From Acidimicrobiia bacterium (GTDB lineage: Bacteria > Actinomycetota > Acidimicrobiia > IMCC26256 > JAMXLJ01): 64,000 nt of DNA. Under the pieces are notes generated by a model. It was not told the origin of the DNA. It searched no databases and worked only from the letters and a program-made list of their open reading frames with translations. Positions 1-9,032 of the stretch are shown in pieces. A program made the translations under genes and the position numbers. Location of the stretch: the NCBI GenBank assembly GCA_024281095.1, contig JAMXLJ010000047.1, positions 9,093 through 73,092 of the forward strand. The letters run 5' to 3'. Every line of letters starts with the position of its first letter. The stretch's first letter is position 1.

Positions 1-359
1 TCGCGGGCGCCGGCGGATTCGCCCATGAGGTGGAGGGGCACCTCCGCGGTCACTGCGACGTCGCGCCGCACGCGGATGAAGTCCACGTGTTCCAGCGACC
101 CGCGTACGGGGTCGCGCTGGATCTGACGGGCGAGGGCGAGCACCGAGTCGCCGTCGACCTTGAGCGTGATCAGCGTGTTCGCGCCGGTGTCGGCGGTGAG
201 GATGTGGGCGAGGTCGCGGGCCGGCACGCTCACCGACAGCGATTCGGTGCCGAGCCCGTACACGATGGCCGGGACCTTGCCTTCACGGCGCAGCCGGCCG
301 GCCGGGCCGGAACCGCGTTCGGTGCGCTTCTCCGTGGTGAGGATGTTCTGGTCGGCCAT
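1..359 (-). CDS. rplY: 50S ribosomal protein L25/Ctc, N-terminal ~119 aa (3' end lies beyond the window start)
   Basis: Own translation of the minus strand from ATG at 359: MADQNILTTEKRTERGSGPAGRLRREGKVPAIVYGLGTESLSVSVPARDLAHIL... It is absent from the ORF track because there is no stop inside the window. The conserved order glmU-prs-rplY supports the call. Confidence 0.85.
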   Translation of the reverse strand, partial: MADQNILTTEKRTERGSGPAGRLRREGKVPAIVYGLGTESLSVSVPARDLAHILTADTGANTLITLKVDGDSVLALARQIQRDPVRGSLEHVDFIRVRRDVAVTAEVPLHLMGESAGAR

Positions 360-463
360 GGCGCGCGTCGTCCTCCGGGGATGGAACCGGGAACCCGTGA
401 GTCTAGAGCCTGCGCCGGTTGCGGGCCCAGCGGCCTCCCGGTCCGCAGGGGCGGATGTTCCGG

Positions 464-1462
464 CTAGACGTTGTCGCCGCGGAAGATCTCGCTGACCGAC
501 GTGTCCTCGAACACCGCATCGAGGGCCTCGGCCACGATCGGCGCGATCGACAGCACGACGAGGTTGTCGAAGCGCTTGTCGTCGGGGATCGGGAGGGTGT
601 TCGTGACCACGACCTGACGCACCGGGGCGTTCTTCAGCCGGTCGACCGCGGGCCCCGACAGGAGGCCGTGCGTGGCGGCGATGAACACGTCGCTCGCGCC
701 CCGCTCGACGAGCAGGTCGGCCGCGCTCGTGACCGTGCCCGCGGTGTCGATCATGTCGTCGACGAGGAGACAGGTGCGACCCTCGATCTCACCGACGATC
801 TCGGTCGCCACCGCGACATTGTGCGTGCCCTTCGGCCGCCGCTTGTCGATGAAGGCGAGGTCGGTGTGCTTCTGCCCCGCACCGTTGCCGTCGGCCAGGT
901 AGTCGGCGAACCGTCGGGCGAGCTTGCCGCCGCCCGCGTCGGGTGCGACGACCGTGACCTCGTCGTCCTCGATCTCGGTGCGCAGGTACGCGGCGAGGAT
1001 GGGGACCGCCGTGAGGTGGTCGACGGGCATGTTGAAGAAGCCCTGGATCTGCCCGGTGTGCAGATCCACCGCGACGACACGGTTCGCTCCCGCGGCGGTG
1101 AGCATGTCCGCGACGAGCCGCGCGGTGATCGGCTCGCGGCCCTCGGCCTTGCGGTCCTGGCGCGTGTAGCCGTAGAACGCGCACACGGCGGTGATGCGTT
1201 TCGCCGACGCGCGCTTCGCGGCGTCGATCATGATCAACTGCTCGATGATGCGGTCGTTGATCGGCTCGCAGTGGCTCTGCAGGATGAACACGTCCGCGCC
1301 GCGGATGCTCTCGCCGTAGCGGCAGTAGAGCTCGCCGTTCGCGAACGTGGACAGCACCACGTCGCCGAGCGGGACCTCGAGGTGGCCCGCGATCTCCTCG
1401 GACAGGGCGGCGTTCCCGCGGCCCGAGAACAGCATGAGCTTCTTGCGGGGGACGACCTCCAT
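464..1462 (-). CDS. prs: ribose-phosphate pyrophosphokinase
   Basis: Track ORF 464..1480. Start taken at the internal MEVVPRKKLMLFSG. Prs hallmarks present: ...ANGELYCRYGESIRGADVFILQS..., VVAPDAGG, LLVDDMIDTAGT. Confidence 0.95.
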   Translation of the reverse strand: MEVVPRKKLMLFSGRGNAALSEEIAGHLEVPLGDVVLSTFANGELYCRYGESIRGADVFILQSHCEPINDRIIEQLIMIDAAKRASAKRITAVCAFYGYTRQDRKAEGREPITARLVADMLTAAGANRVVAVDLHTGQIQGFFNMPVDHLTAVPILAAYLRTEIEDDEVTVVAPDAGGGKLARRFADYLADGNGAGQKHTDLAFIDKRRPKGTHNVAVATEIVGEIEGRTCLLVDDMIDTAGTVTSAADLLVERGASDVFIAATHGLLSGPAVDRLKNAPVRQVVVTNTLPIPDDKRFDNLVVLSIAPIVAEALDAVFEDTSVSEIFRGDNV

Positions 1463-1525
1463 ACCCGTATCCTCGCACACCGTGGTCGCGCCGCAGGGTT
1501 TGCCGGCCGGGCGCCGCCGGGGGGC

Positions 1526-2947
1526 TCAGCCGCCGGCGTCGGTGTCGCGGCCGTCGCGACGCTCTGCCCAGTGCTCCTCGATCCGAGCGGGCACGCCCTT
1601 GGCCATCGCGCCCGGCGGAACGTCGCGGTTCACCACGGCGCCGGCGCCCGTGTAGGCGCCCTCCCCCACCTCGACCGGGGCCACGAGCACGGTGTTGGAG
1701 GCGATCCGGGCGCGGGCGCCGACCTTGGTGCGGTGCTTGGCGCGGCCGTCGTAGTTCGCAGTGATCGTGCCCGCGCCGATGTTGGCGCCGGGCCCGATCT
1801 CGGCGTCACCCACATACGACAGGTGCGGCACCTTCGCGCCCTCGCCGATGTCGGCGTTCTTCGTCTCGACGAACGTCCCCACGTGAGCGTCGGCCGCGAT
1901 GCGCGTTCCGGGTCGCAACGAAACGTACGGGCCGACCGTGGCGCGGTCACCGATTTCGGCTTCACGCGCGACGGTGTTCTGGACGACTGCTTCGACGCCC
2001 ACGATCGTGTCGACGAGGCGCGTGTCGGGGCCGATCACCGCACCACTCCCGACGACGGTTCGCCCCTCGAGCATCGTGCCCGGAAGTATCCGCACGTCGG
2101 GCTCGAGCCCGACGGTCGCGTCGATGTACGTCGCGTCGGGGTCGACCATCGTCACGCCTTCGCGCATCCACCGCAGGTTGATGCGCGAGCGCAGCAGCCG
2201 CGCTGCGGTTGCGAGCTGCGCACGGTCGTTGACGCCCATCGTCTCCGCCGGGTCGGCGGCCGGGATCGCGATCACTTGGTGACCCGCTTGTCGCAGCACG
2301 GCGATCGCGTCGGTGAGGTAGTACTCGCCCTGCGCGTTCTCCGGGCTCAGACGGCGCAGCGCGGGCGCGAGCAGGCCGCGCCGGAAGCAGTAGATCGACG
2401 GGTTCACTTCGCGCACCGCCAGCTCGTCCGGTGTCGCGTCCGTCTGCTCGACGATCCGCTCGATCCGACCCTGCTCGTCGCGGATGACGCGCCCATATCC
2501 CATCGGGTCGTCGAGGACGGCGGTGAGCAAGGTTGCCGCCGCGTCGGACTCGCGGTGCCGGCGCGCGAGATCGGCGATCGTCTCCGGCCGCAGCAGCGGC
2601 AGATCGCCCGGCAGGATCACGATGTCGTACTCGCCGTCGACGTCGTCGGGGAACGCGGTGAGCCCGACACTCGCGGCGTCGCCGGTGCCCCGCTGGACCC
2701 GCTGCTCCACGAACTCGATCGGCATCTCCGTCGCCAGATGCTCCTGCAGCGTCTTCGTGACGCGTTCGGCTCCGTGGCCGACGACCACGACGACACGGTC
2801 GAGCGGCAACGCGACGAGCGCGTCGAGCAGGTGCAGCAGCATGGGCCGGCCGCACAACGGGTGCAGCACCTTGGGTGTGGTGGAGCGCATCCGTGTGCCC
2901 TCGCCCGCGGCGAGCACCACGGCTGCCAACGGTCGGTACTGGCTCAT
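1526..2947 (-). CDS. glmU: bifunctional GlcNAc-1-P uridyltransferase / GlcN-1-P acetyltransferase
   Basis: N-terminal LAAGEGTRMRS..PKVLHPL nucleotidyltransferase motif plus C-terminal left-handed beta-helix hexapeptide repeats; 473 aa. Confidence 0.95.
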   Translation of the reverse strand: MSQYRPLAAVVLAAGEGTRMRSTTPKVLHPLCGRPMLLHLLDALVALPLDRVVVVVGHGAERVTKTLQEHLATEMPIEFVEQRVQRGTGDAASVGLTAFPDDVDGEYDIVILPGDLPLLRPETIADLARRHRESDAAATLLTAVLDDPMGYGRVIRDEQGRIERIVEQTDATPDELAVREVNPSIYCFRRGLLAPALRRLSPENAQGEYYLTDAIAVLRQAGHQVIAIPAADPAETMGVNDRAQLATAARLLRSRINLRWMREGVTMVDPDATYIDATVGLEPDVRILPGTMLEGRTVVGSGAVIGPDTRLVDTIVGVEAVVQNTVAREAEIGDRATVGPYVSLRPGTRIAADAHVGTFVETKNADIGEGAKVPHLSYVGDAEIGPGANIGAGTITANYDGRAKHRTKVGARARIASNTVLVAPVEVGEGAYTGAGAVVNRDVPPGAMAKGVPARIEEHWAERRDGRDTDAGG

Positions 2948-2975
2948 GGCACCCTCCCGCGGGTCGCGTCGAGCG

Positions 2976-3046
2976 CTCGGGGGCGAGGTCTCGAACCTCG
3001 ACTTGGGACTCCAAAGGACCCCGTGCTGCCGTTACACCACCCCCGA
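2976..3046 (-). tRNA. tRNA-Gln (anticodon UUG), no encoded CCA
   Basis: Hand-folded cloverleaf on the minus strand: acceptor TCGGGGG/CCCCCGA, D arm GTGT-AACGGCA-GCAC, anticodon arm GGGTC-CTTTGGA-GTCCC (one U-U mismatch), 4-nt variable loop, T arm CGAGG-TTCGAGA-CCTCG, discriminator G. The position next to glmU is typical for actinobacteria. Confidence 0.8.
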
Positions 3047-3175
3047 CCGATCGACGATAGCGCCGTGTGTGCCCGGGCCTGTGTCGAACGCCACGTCGAT
3101 GACGAACGCACGGTCCGTGGCGGACATGGCGGCGATGTGATCGATCACGTGGAAACGGGTACCCTGCTCGGCGCC

Positions 3176-3277
3176 ATGGGCTCACTCATCAAGAAGCGCC
3201 GGAAGCGCATGCGCAAGAAGAAGCACAAGAAGCTGCTGAAGCGCACGCGCTGGCAGCGCCGTCAGCAGGGTCGCTGA
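3176..3277 (+). CDS. 30S ribosomal protein bS22 (33 aa)
   Basis: [33 protein letters not shown] at the tail of the spurious 419..3277 ORF. It is near-identical in pattern to mycobacterial bS22 ([21 protein letters not shown]...). Confidence 0.85.
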   Translation: [33 protein letters not shown]

Positions 3278-3313
3278 GCGCGCGCAGCCCGAGCATTCGA
3301 CAGACCTTGGAGC

Positions 3314-3335
3314 GGGCCGCCCTTCGGGGCGGCCC
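3314..3335. terminator. GC-rich hairpin between convergent bS22 and ispE
   Basis: GGGCCGCCC-TTCG-GGGCGGCCC, a perfect 9-bp stem with a tetraloop. Confidence 0.6.
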
Positions 3336-3353
3336 GGCCGCGTCGGCGGTGCT

Positions 3354-4220
3354 TCACCAGGTCGGGTAGGGCTGCAGGCTGAGCGCCGCGTGCACCGGCA
3401 CACCGAGCTTGCGCTCCACGCGTTCGGCTCGGTCGTGCCATTCGTGCTCGTCGCCGCACAGCATCACGTACGCCGACCCGCTGCCCGCGAGGAGCGGTGA
3501 GAGACCCGAGGCGCCTTCGAGCTCGCGGCGGAACTCGCCGAGGCGGCCATCGACGAGCTCGGCCGCCGGCTCGAGATCGTTCACGAGCGTCGGCAACAGC
3601 GATGCCAGCTCCGGCGGCGCGGGCACCTCGCGCGCAGGCGTCGCGCCACCGTGCTCGTCGTAGGCCCGGTACACGTCCGGTGTGGACAACGAGAACGGCG
3701 GCACGACGACCAGCACGCGCAGCGTCGGCAGCCGCACGGGCTTCACGTGCTCGCCGCGACCGGTCATCCGTGCTGCACCGCCCAGAATGCAGACGGGCAC
3801 GTCGGAGCCGATGTCCGCGCCGATCCGCATGACCTCGTCGAACGGCGCCTTCCAGCGCTTGCCAAACGCACGCAGGACCGCGGCAGCGTCGGATGATCCG
3901 CCGCCCAGGCCGGCGCCGAGGGGGATCCCCTTCTTCACGGTGATCTCCACGTCGCGCGCTCGCGACGTCACCGTGCCGAGCGCGTGCAGCGCACGCGCCA
4001 CGAGATTGGTGCGGTCGGACGGAACGTCGCCGGCTGCGGGACCGGTGACGCGCAGTCGCGTGCCGCGCTCGCCGTACACCGCGACGAGGAGATCATGCGG
4101 CTCGTCGAACATGACGACGAGCCCGTCGAGCTCGTGAAAGCCGTCGGGACGTACGCCGAGCACGCGCAGCGACAGCGTCACCTTCGAGCCCGCCATGATC
4201 TCGAGCGGCCCAGGGTTCAT
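3354..4220 (-). CDS. ispE: 4-diphosphocytidyl-2-C-methyl-D-erythritol kinase
   Basis: GHMP kinase motif KKGIPLGAGLGGGSSDAAAVL. Start chosen at the ATG forming an ATGA overlap with the rsmA stop (4217-4220). The later ATG at 4196 is also possible. Confidence 0.9.
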   Translation of the reverse strand: MNPGPLEIMAGSKVTLSLRVLGVRPDGFHELDGLVVMFDEPHDLLVAVYGERGTRLRVTGPAAGDVPSDRTNLVARALHALGTVTSRARDVEITVKKGIPLGAGLGGGSSDAAAVLRAFGKRWKAPFDEVMRIGADIGSDVPVCILGGAARMTGRGEHVKPVRLPTLRVLVVVPPFSLSTPDVYRAYDEHGGATPAREVPAPPELASLLPTLVNDLEPAAELVDGRLGEFRRELEGASGLSPLLAGSGSAYVMLCGDEHEWHDRAERVERKLGVPVHAALSLQPYPTW

Positions 4221-5065
4221 TCGCCCTGTCCCGCAGCTCGCGCCAGCTGTGCCCACTGCTCGAGCGACAGTTGCTCGGCCCGCGCGGCGGGGTCGATGCC
4301 TGCGGCGCGCAGCAGTTCCGACGCGCGGTCTCCGAGCACGCCCCGCAGCGCACCGCGCAGCATCTTGCGCCGCTGGCCGAAGCCGCTCTGCACGAGGGCG
4401 AACAGCGTGGAGACGGAGGGAACCTGCACGGGTGGTTCGCGATGCCGGACGATGCGCACGAGCGCGGAGTCGACCTTGGGCCGAGGCGAGAAGACCGATG
4501 GCGGGACGACTCCCACGACGCGCGCGGTTCCGTAATAGGCGATCTTCACCGACACGGCACCGTACGCGCCGTCACCGACCCGCGCCGCGAACCGCTCGCC
4601 GACCTCGCGCTGCACCATCACCAACAGCCTTTCGACCATCGGCGCGTGAGAGAGCAGGCGCATCACGAGCGGTGTCGCGATGTTGTACGGCAGGTTCGAG
4701 ACTGCGCGCCATCCGTCGCCGTCGAGCAGGTCCGCGAAGTCGACGGCCATCGCGTCGCCCGACACGACTTCCACGTTCTCGGCGCCGCCGTCGTGCAGCA
4801 CTTCGTCGAGCACCGGAAGCAGATGACGATCGCGCTCCAACGCGACGACGCGTGCACCGGCGCGCGCGAGCTCGACCGTCAGCGATCCCGCGCCGGGACC
4901 GATCTCGAGCACGCGATCTTCGGGCTCGACCTCGGCGAGGCGCACGATACGGCGCGCGGTGTTCGGGTCGACGAGAAAGTTCTGGCCGAGCGCGCGACTG
5001 GGATGAATGTCGTGACGCGCCAGCAGCGCGCGAACGTCAGCGGGGGACAACGACATCGTCATCAT
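4217..5065 (-). CDS. rsmA: 16S rRNA (adenine1518/1519-N6)-dimethyltransferase
   Basis: ALGQNFLVDPNTARRIV...VLEIGPGAGSLT SAM motif and NLPYNIATP. Confidence 0.93.
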   Translation of the reverse strand: MMTMSLSPADVRALLARHDIHPSRALGQNFLVDPNTARRIVRLAEVEPEDRVLEIGPGAGSLTVELARAGARVVALERDRHLLPVLDEVLHDGGAENVEVVSGDAMAVDFADLLDGDGWRAVSNLPYNIATPLVMRLLSHAPMVERLLVMVQREVGERFAARVGDGAYGAVSVKIAYYGTARVVGVVPPSVFSPRPKVDSALVRIVRHREPPVQVPSVSTLFALVQSGFGQRRKMLRGALRGVLGDRASELLRAAGIDPAARAEQLSLEQWAQLARAAGQGE

Positions 5066-5107
5066 CGTCGCGCCAGGACCACGCCCGTGCGCGCGCTCAG
5101 GGCGCGG

Positions 5108-6385
5108 TCACCAGGTGATGTGAACGGGGATGACGCCGATGCCGAGCGGCGCGAGCCGGCGGAACACGTCGTTGTCGAGGTCGAGGACCCGGGAGGGCGC
5201 CACCGGCCCCCGGTCGGCCACGCGGCAGGTCGTCGTCGCGCCGGTTCGGATGTTCGTGATGGTGACGATCGTGCCGAACCGAAGCGTGCGGCTCGCGCAC
5301 GAGTCGGGCCCGTACGGGCTCGCGTACCAGCTCGCCCCACCGTCGGCCGAGCCGTTGACGGCCCGGGATGCGGCCGGAGTCGTACGCGGGTCCGGCGTCT
5401 TCGACCCGAGGAGGGACGAACGCGAGGCCGCGGTGGACGGGGTCGCCGCGGTCGGCGCCGGGACCGACGCCGGCGACACCGAAGGCGGGGGCGGCACCGA
5501 AGCGGGCGGTGGCGACGGCGCAACCGGGACCGGCGCGGCGCCGGGAGGAGCGGACACGCCGATCGCCTTGCCCGCGTGGGCCGCGGCATCGCGCTCGATG
5601 TGCACGACCGTTCCGTCACCGAGGTGCGTGCCGAGGCCGGGTATCACACGGTCCAGCGGGCCGAGCGCCACGTGCTGCTCGCGCAGGAAGTCTCCGACCG
5701 TGCCCGCGTCGGTGGCGCGGGTCGCGCTGCGGCCGTCGAGCTCGATGGTGACCTCGTGCTGCTTCGGTCCGCTCGCGAACATCGCACCGACGGCGACGGC
5801 GGCCGCCGTCGCAGTGAGCACCAGCGCCTGGCCGAGGCTCGGACGGGCCGGCGCGCCGGGCCGCGTACGCGGCTTCGACCGTGCGGGCGCGGGTACGGCC
5901 ACAGGCTCGACACGGGTGCCGGGCTGCGGAGGCACGAACGCGACGACGGGTGCCGGAGCGAAGGCGAGGTGGACCGAGTCGACCGTCTCGCCACGTTCGG
6001 GACGCGCATCCGGAAGGGCTTCGCGAAGCGGCGCAGGAACGAGGGTGACGTTCCCGGTCGCGCCGGTTGCCGGCACCGAGGCCGAGACCGGCGCCGGGGA
6101 CGCAGCGGCGAGGTCCATCTCGTCGGCCCAGAGCTCCACCTCGAGGTCGAGCACCTCGCCGAGGTCGGCGATGGACAACCACGCGGCCGGCTCGGGCGCG
6201 GCCTCGCGCGCCGGCGAGGGCCGCACCGCGCGCAACGCGTACCGGCGGGCGCGGGCGTCATGACGCGCCGCGCGGCTTCGACGGGTGAGTTGCTCGGCGA
6301 TCGGGTCCGCCTCCCGGTCGGCTACTGGGGCGCCACCCCCGGCGCGCTCCGCACCCGGGCACCAGAGGGGGTAGGACCGCGGCAC
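5108..6385 (-). CDS. membrane-anchored cell-wall protein: DUF348 domain plus C-terminal RlpA-like double-psi beta-barrel
   Basis: TM segment LGQALVLTATAAAVAVGAMFA. DUF348-like VTIELDGRSATRATDAGTVGDFLREQHV. Pro-rich linker. C-terminus GGASWYASPYGPDSCASRTLRFGTIVTITN..CRVADRGPV..RVLDLD. Start uncertain. Confidence 0.7.
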   Translation of the reverse strand: MPRSYPLWCPGAERAGGGAPVADREADPIAEQLTRRSRAARHDARARRYALRAVRPSPAREAAPEPAAWLSIADLGEVLDLEVELWADEMDLAAASPAPVSASVPATGATGNVTLVPAPLREALPDARPERGETVDSVHLAFAPAPVVAFVPPQPGTRVEPVAVPAPARSKPRTRPGAPARPSLGQALVLTATAAAVAVGAMFASGPKQHEVTIELDGRSATRATDAGTVGDFLREQHVALGPLDRVIPGLGTHLGDGTVVHIERDAAAHAGKAIGVSAPPGAAPVPVAPSPPPASVPPPPSVSPASVPAPTAATPSTAASRSSLLGSKTPDPRTTPAASRAVNGSADGGASWYASPYGPDSCASRTLRFGTIVTITNIRTGATTTCRVADRGPVAPSRVLDLDNDVFRRLAPLGIGVIPVHITW

Positions 6386-6424
6386 CGTATCGACGGGCCA
6401 CCACCCGCCGCAATCCGACTGGGA

Positions 6425-7186
6425 TTATTTCCCAATCAGCCCGAAGACCCGCTCGGCGTTCGCCCGGCTGGCCGTGGCGACCGCCTCGACCTCGACGCCG
6501 CGGGCCGCCGCGACCGCCGCGCCCACCGCCGGCAGGTAGGCCGGCTCGTTCTCGCGACCCCGGTACGGAACCGGCGCGAGATACGGCGCATCGGTCTCCA
6601 CGAGCAGACGGTCGGTGGGCACCAGCGCGGCGGCCGCGCGCAGCGCGTCCGCGTTCTTGAACGACACGATCCCGCTGAACGACAACAATGCTCCGAGGGC
6701 GAGCGCGCGCCGCGCTTCGTCGGGACCACCCGTGAAGCAATGGAACACGACCGTGTCGGGCCGCGCCTCTGCTCCCAATACGCGGAATGTGTCGTCCCAT
6801 GCATCGCGCGTGTGCACGACCAACGGAAGCTCGATCGTGCGCGCCAGACGTATCTGCTCGCGGAACGCGTGCTCCTGCGCGTCGAGCGGCGAGTGGTTGT
6901 AGTACAGGTCGAAGCCGCACTCCCCGACCGCGACCACCTCGGCCTCACACGCGAGGCCGCGCAGCTCGTCCCACTCGTCGTCGAAGCGCGACGCGTCATG
7001 GGGATGTAGACCCACCGTCGCGCGTACGTCGCGGTGCCGGCGCGCGACCTCGATGGCGTCGCGCGAGCTGCGGAGATCCGTGCCGACGCTGACCATCCCC
7101 GTCACCTCGGCCGCACGCGCCCGTTCGAGCGCGGCCTCCGCGCCCCCGGTCAGGAACGGGAGGTGGCAGTGGCTGTCGACCCACAT
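6425..7186 (-). CDS. tatD: TatD family metal-dependent hydrolase
   Basis: MWVDSHCHL start, ...VVHTRDA..., FHCFTG, LLVETDAPYL. Confidence 0.9.
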   Translation of the reverse strand: MWVDSHCHLPFLTGGAEAALERARAAEVTGMVSVGTDLRSSRDAIEVARRHRDVRATVGLHPHDASRFDDEWDELRGLACEAEVVAVGECGFDLYYNHSPLDAQEHAFREQIRLARTIELPLVVHTRDAWDDTFRVLGAEARPDTVVFHCFTGGPDEARRALALGALLSFSGIVSFKNADALRAAAALVPTDRLLVETDAPYLAPVPYRGRENEPAYLPAVGAAVAAARGVEVEAVATASRANAERVFGLIGK

Positions 7187-7203
7187 TCAGGAGTGCCGGC
7201 CGG

Positions 7204-8727
7204 TCACTGAGGCTCGAGGCGCGGGAAGAGCGGCGCGCCCTTCTCGAGCGGGCTGCCCGCCGGCAGACGGCCCCAGGCCGCCGCCTCGGGAAGCCGCTCG
7301 TCTTCCGGGCCGCCTGCAAGGCCCAGGCGGCGCCACAGCTCGCCGGCCGCGTTCGGGATCACGGGCGAGGCGAGCAGCGCCACGACACGGAGAGCCTCGA
7401 GGCAGTCACCGAGCACCGCGGCGGTCTTCGTGGCCTCGCCCGCCTTGTTGAGCGCCCAGGGCTGACGGTCCTCGATGTACGCGTTGGTGGCCCGGATCAG
7501 CTCCCACACCGCGGCGAAGCCGGTGGAGAAGTCGAGTTGGTCCATCGCCGCGTCGAGGCGCGCGAACGCGTCCGCGGCCGCGTCGACGAGCGGCCCGTCC
7601 TCACGCGTGTCGGGTACGACACCGCCGCAGTAGTTGACGGCCATGTTGAGCACGCGGTTCGCGAGGTTGCCGAAGTTGTTGGCGAGGTCGGCGTTGTAAC
7701 GCGACACCATCGCCTCGTAGCTGAAGTCGCCGTCGGGCCCGAAGCGCTGATCGGCCATGAAGTGGTACCGGAAGCCGTCGACCCCGAAGTCGGCCACGAG
7801 ATCCGCCGGCGCGATCTGGTTGAGGCGCGTCTTCGACATCTTCTCGCCGCCCACGAGCAACCAGCCGTGCGCGAACACGTGCTGCGGCGGCTCGAGACCG
7901 GCCGACATGAGCATCGCCGGCCAATAGACGGCGTGGAACCGGAGGATGTCCTTTCCCATGAGGTGGTAGTTCGCCGGCCAGTAGCGACGGAACCGCTCGT
8001 CGTCCTCCGCGTAGCCCACACCGGTGCAGTAGTTGAACAGGGCGTCGAACCACACGTACGCGACGTGCTTCGGATCCCACGGCAACGGCACACCCCAGTC
8101 GATCGAGGTGCGGCTCATCGAGAAGTCGCACAGGCCCTGCTTGATGAAGCCGATCACCTCGTTGCGCCGCGTTTCGGGCTGTACCGCGTCGGGATGCGCT
8201 TCGTAGTGGTCGAGCAGCCGCTTTTCGTAGCGCGAGAGCTTGAAGAAATAGTTCTCTTCGGTGATCCGCTCGACGGGCCGCTCGTGGATCGGGCAGCAGA
8301 GCCCGTCGAGCAGCTCGTCCTCGCTGTAGTACGCCTCGCACGCCACGCAGTAGAGGCCCTCGTAGGTGCCGAGCTCGATGTCGCCGGCGTCGTACACCCT
8401 CTGGAGGAACTCCTGGACGGCCCGGTAGTGGCGGGGCTCCGTGGTGCGGATGAAGACGTCGTTTTTGATGCCGAGGAGTCGCCAGGTCTCCTGGAACCTC
8501 TCGCTGTTGCGATCGGCGAGCTCCTTGGGCGTGATGCCCGCCGCCTCGGCCGCCTGCTTGATCTTGAGGCCGTGCTCGTCAGTGCCGGTGAGATAGACGA
8601 CGTCGTCGCCCCTGAGCCGCCGCCAGCGGCTCAGGACGTCGCCCGCGACGGTTGTGTACGCATGGCCGATATGGGGCACGTCGTTGACGTAGTAGATCGG
8701 CGTGGTCACGTAGAACGGGCGCGGCAT
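7204..8727 (-). CDS. metG: methionine--tRNA ligase
   Basis: PIYYVNDVPHIGHAYT (HIGH) and KMSKT motifs; 507 aa. Confidence 0.95.
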   Translation of the reverse strand: MPRPFYVTTPIYYVNDVPHIGHAYTTVAGDVLSRWRRLRGDDVVYLTGTDEHGLKIKQAAEAAGITPKELADRNSERFQETWRLLGIKNDVFIRTTEPRHYRAVQEFLQRVYDAGDIELGTYEGLYCVACEAYYSEDELLDGLCCPIHERPVERITEENYFFKLSRYEKRLLDHYEAHPDAVQPETRRNEVIGFIKQGLCDFSMSRTSIDWGVPLPWDPKHVAYVWFDALFNYCTGVGYAEDDERFRRYWPANYHLMGKDILRFHAVYWPAMLMSAGLEPPQHVFAHGWLLVGGEKMSKTRLNQIAPADLVADFGVDGFRYHFMADQRFGPDGDFSYEAMVSRYNADLANNFGNLANRVLNMAVNYCGGVVPDTREDGPLVDAAADAFARLDAAMDQLDFSTGFAAVWELIRATNAYIEDRQPWALNKAGEATKTAAVLGDCLEALRVVALLASPVIPNAAGELWRRLGLAGGPEDERLPEAAAWGRLPAGSPLEKGAPLFPRLEPQ

Positions 8728-8807
8728 CGGACCTACGATACCGAGCGTTTCCGGCGAACCGACGCCGAATTCGTGGTCGGGGGGTGCGTCCGGTGAAAGC
8801 GATCGGC

Positions 8808-9032
8808 ATGGCTCGCAAGGTCGATCAGCTCGGACGCATCGTGCTGCCCGCCGAGCTGCGGCGCCTGTTCGGGATTCGCGAGGGCGATCTCGTCGAGATC
8901 TTCGTGGAGGACAACCGCATCGTGCTCGCGAAGGTCGAGGAGCAGTGCGTGTTCTGCGGGTCGACCACCGAACTGCGCGAGTTCAACAGCAAGCTCGTGT
9001 GCGTGACCTGCGTGGAGGGCCTTAGGTCCTAG
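8808..9032 (+). CDS. AbrB/MazE/SpoVT-type DNA-binding protein with a C-terminal CxxC..CxxC tail
   Basis: MARKVDQLGRIVLPAELRRLFGI swapped-hairpin motif. C-terminus CVFCGSTTELREFNSKLVCVTC. Start moved to the internal ATG of track ORF 8784..9032. Confidence 0.75.
   Translation: MARKVDQLGRIVLPAELRRLFGIREGDLVEIFVEDNRIVLAKVEEQCVFCGSTTELREFNSKLVCVTCVEGLRS

Noticed and set aside
419-3277. Very long track ORFs rich in Arg/Ala/Pro/Gly, for example 419-3277 (+), 4271-7009 (+), 18936-22025 (-), 25094-27433 (-), 54700-57273 (-) and 13068-14354 (-).
   Set aside because: They lie antisense or off-frame to genes with clear family signatures. They have low-complexity composition and no recognisable motifs. 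They are the expected stop-poor shadow frames of roughly 70% GC DNA. Only the last 33 codons of 419-3277 are real (bS22).
6386-6424. A cyclic-di-AMP (ydaO-type) riboswitch, which often precedes rpf and cell-wall hydrolase genes in actinobacteria.
   Set aside because: Only about 39 nt separate the longest possible start of the DUF348/DPBB gene from the tatD stop, which is too short for that element. No matching motifs were seen.
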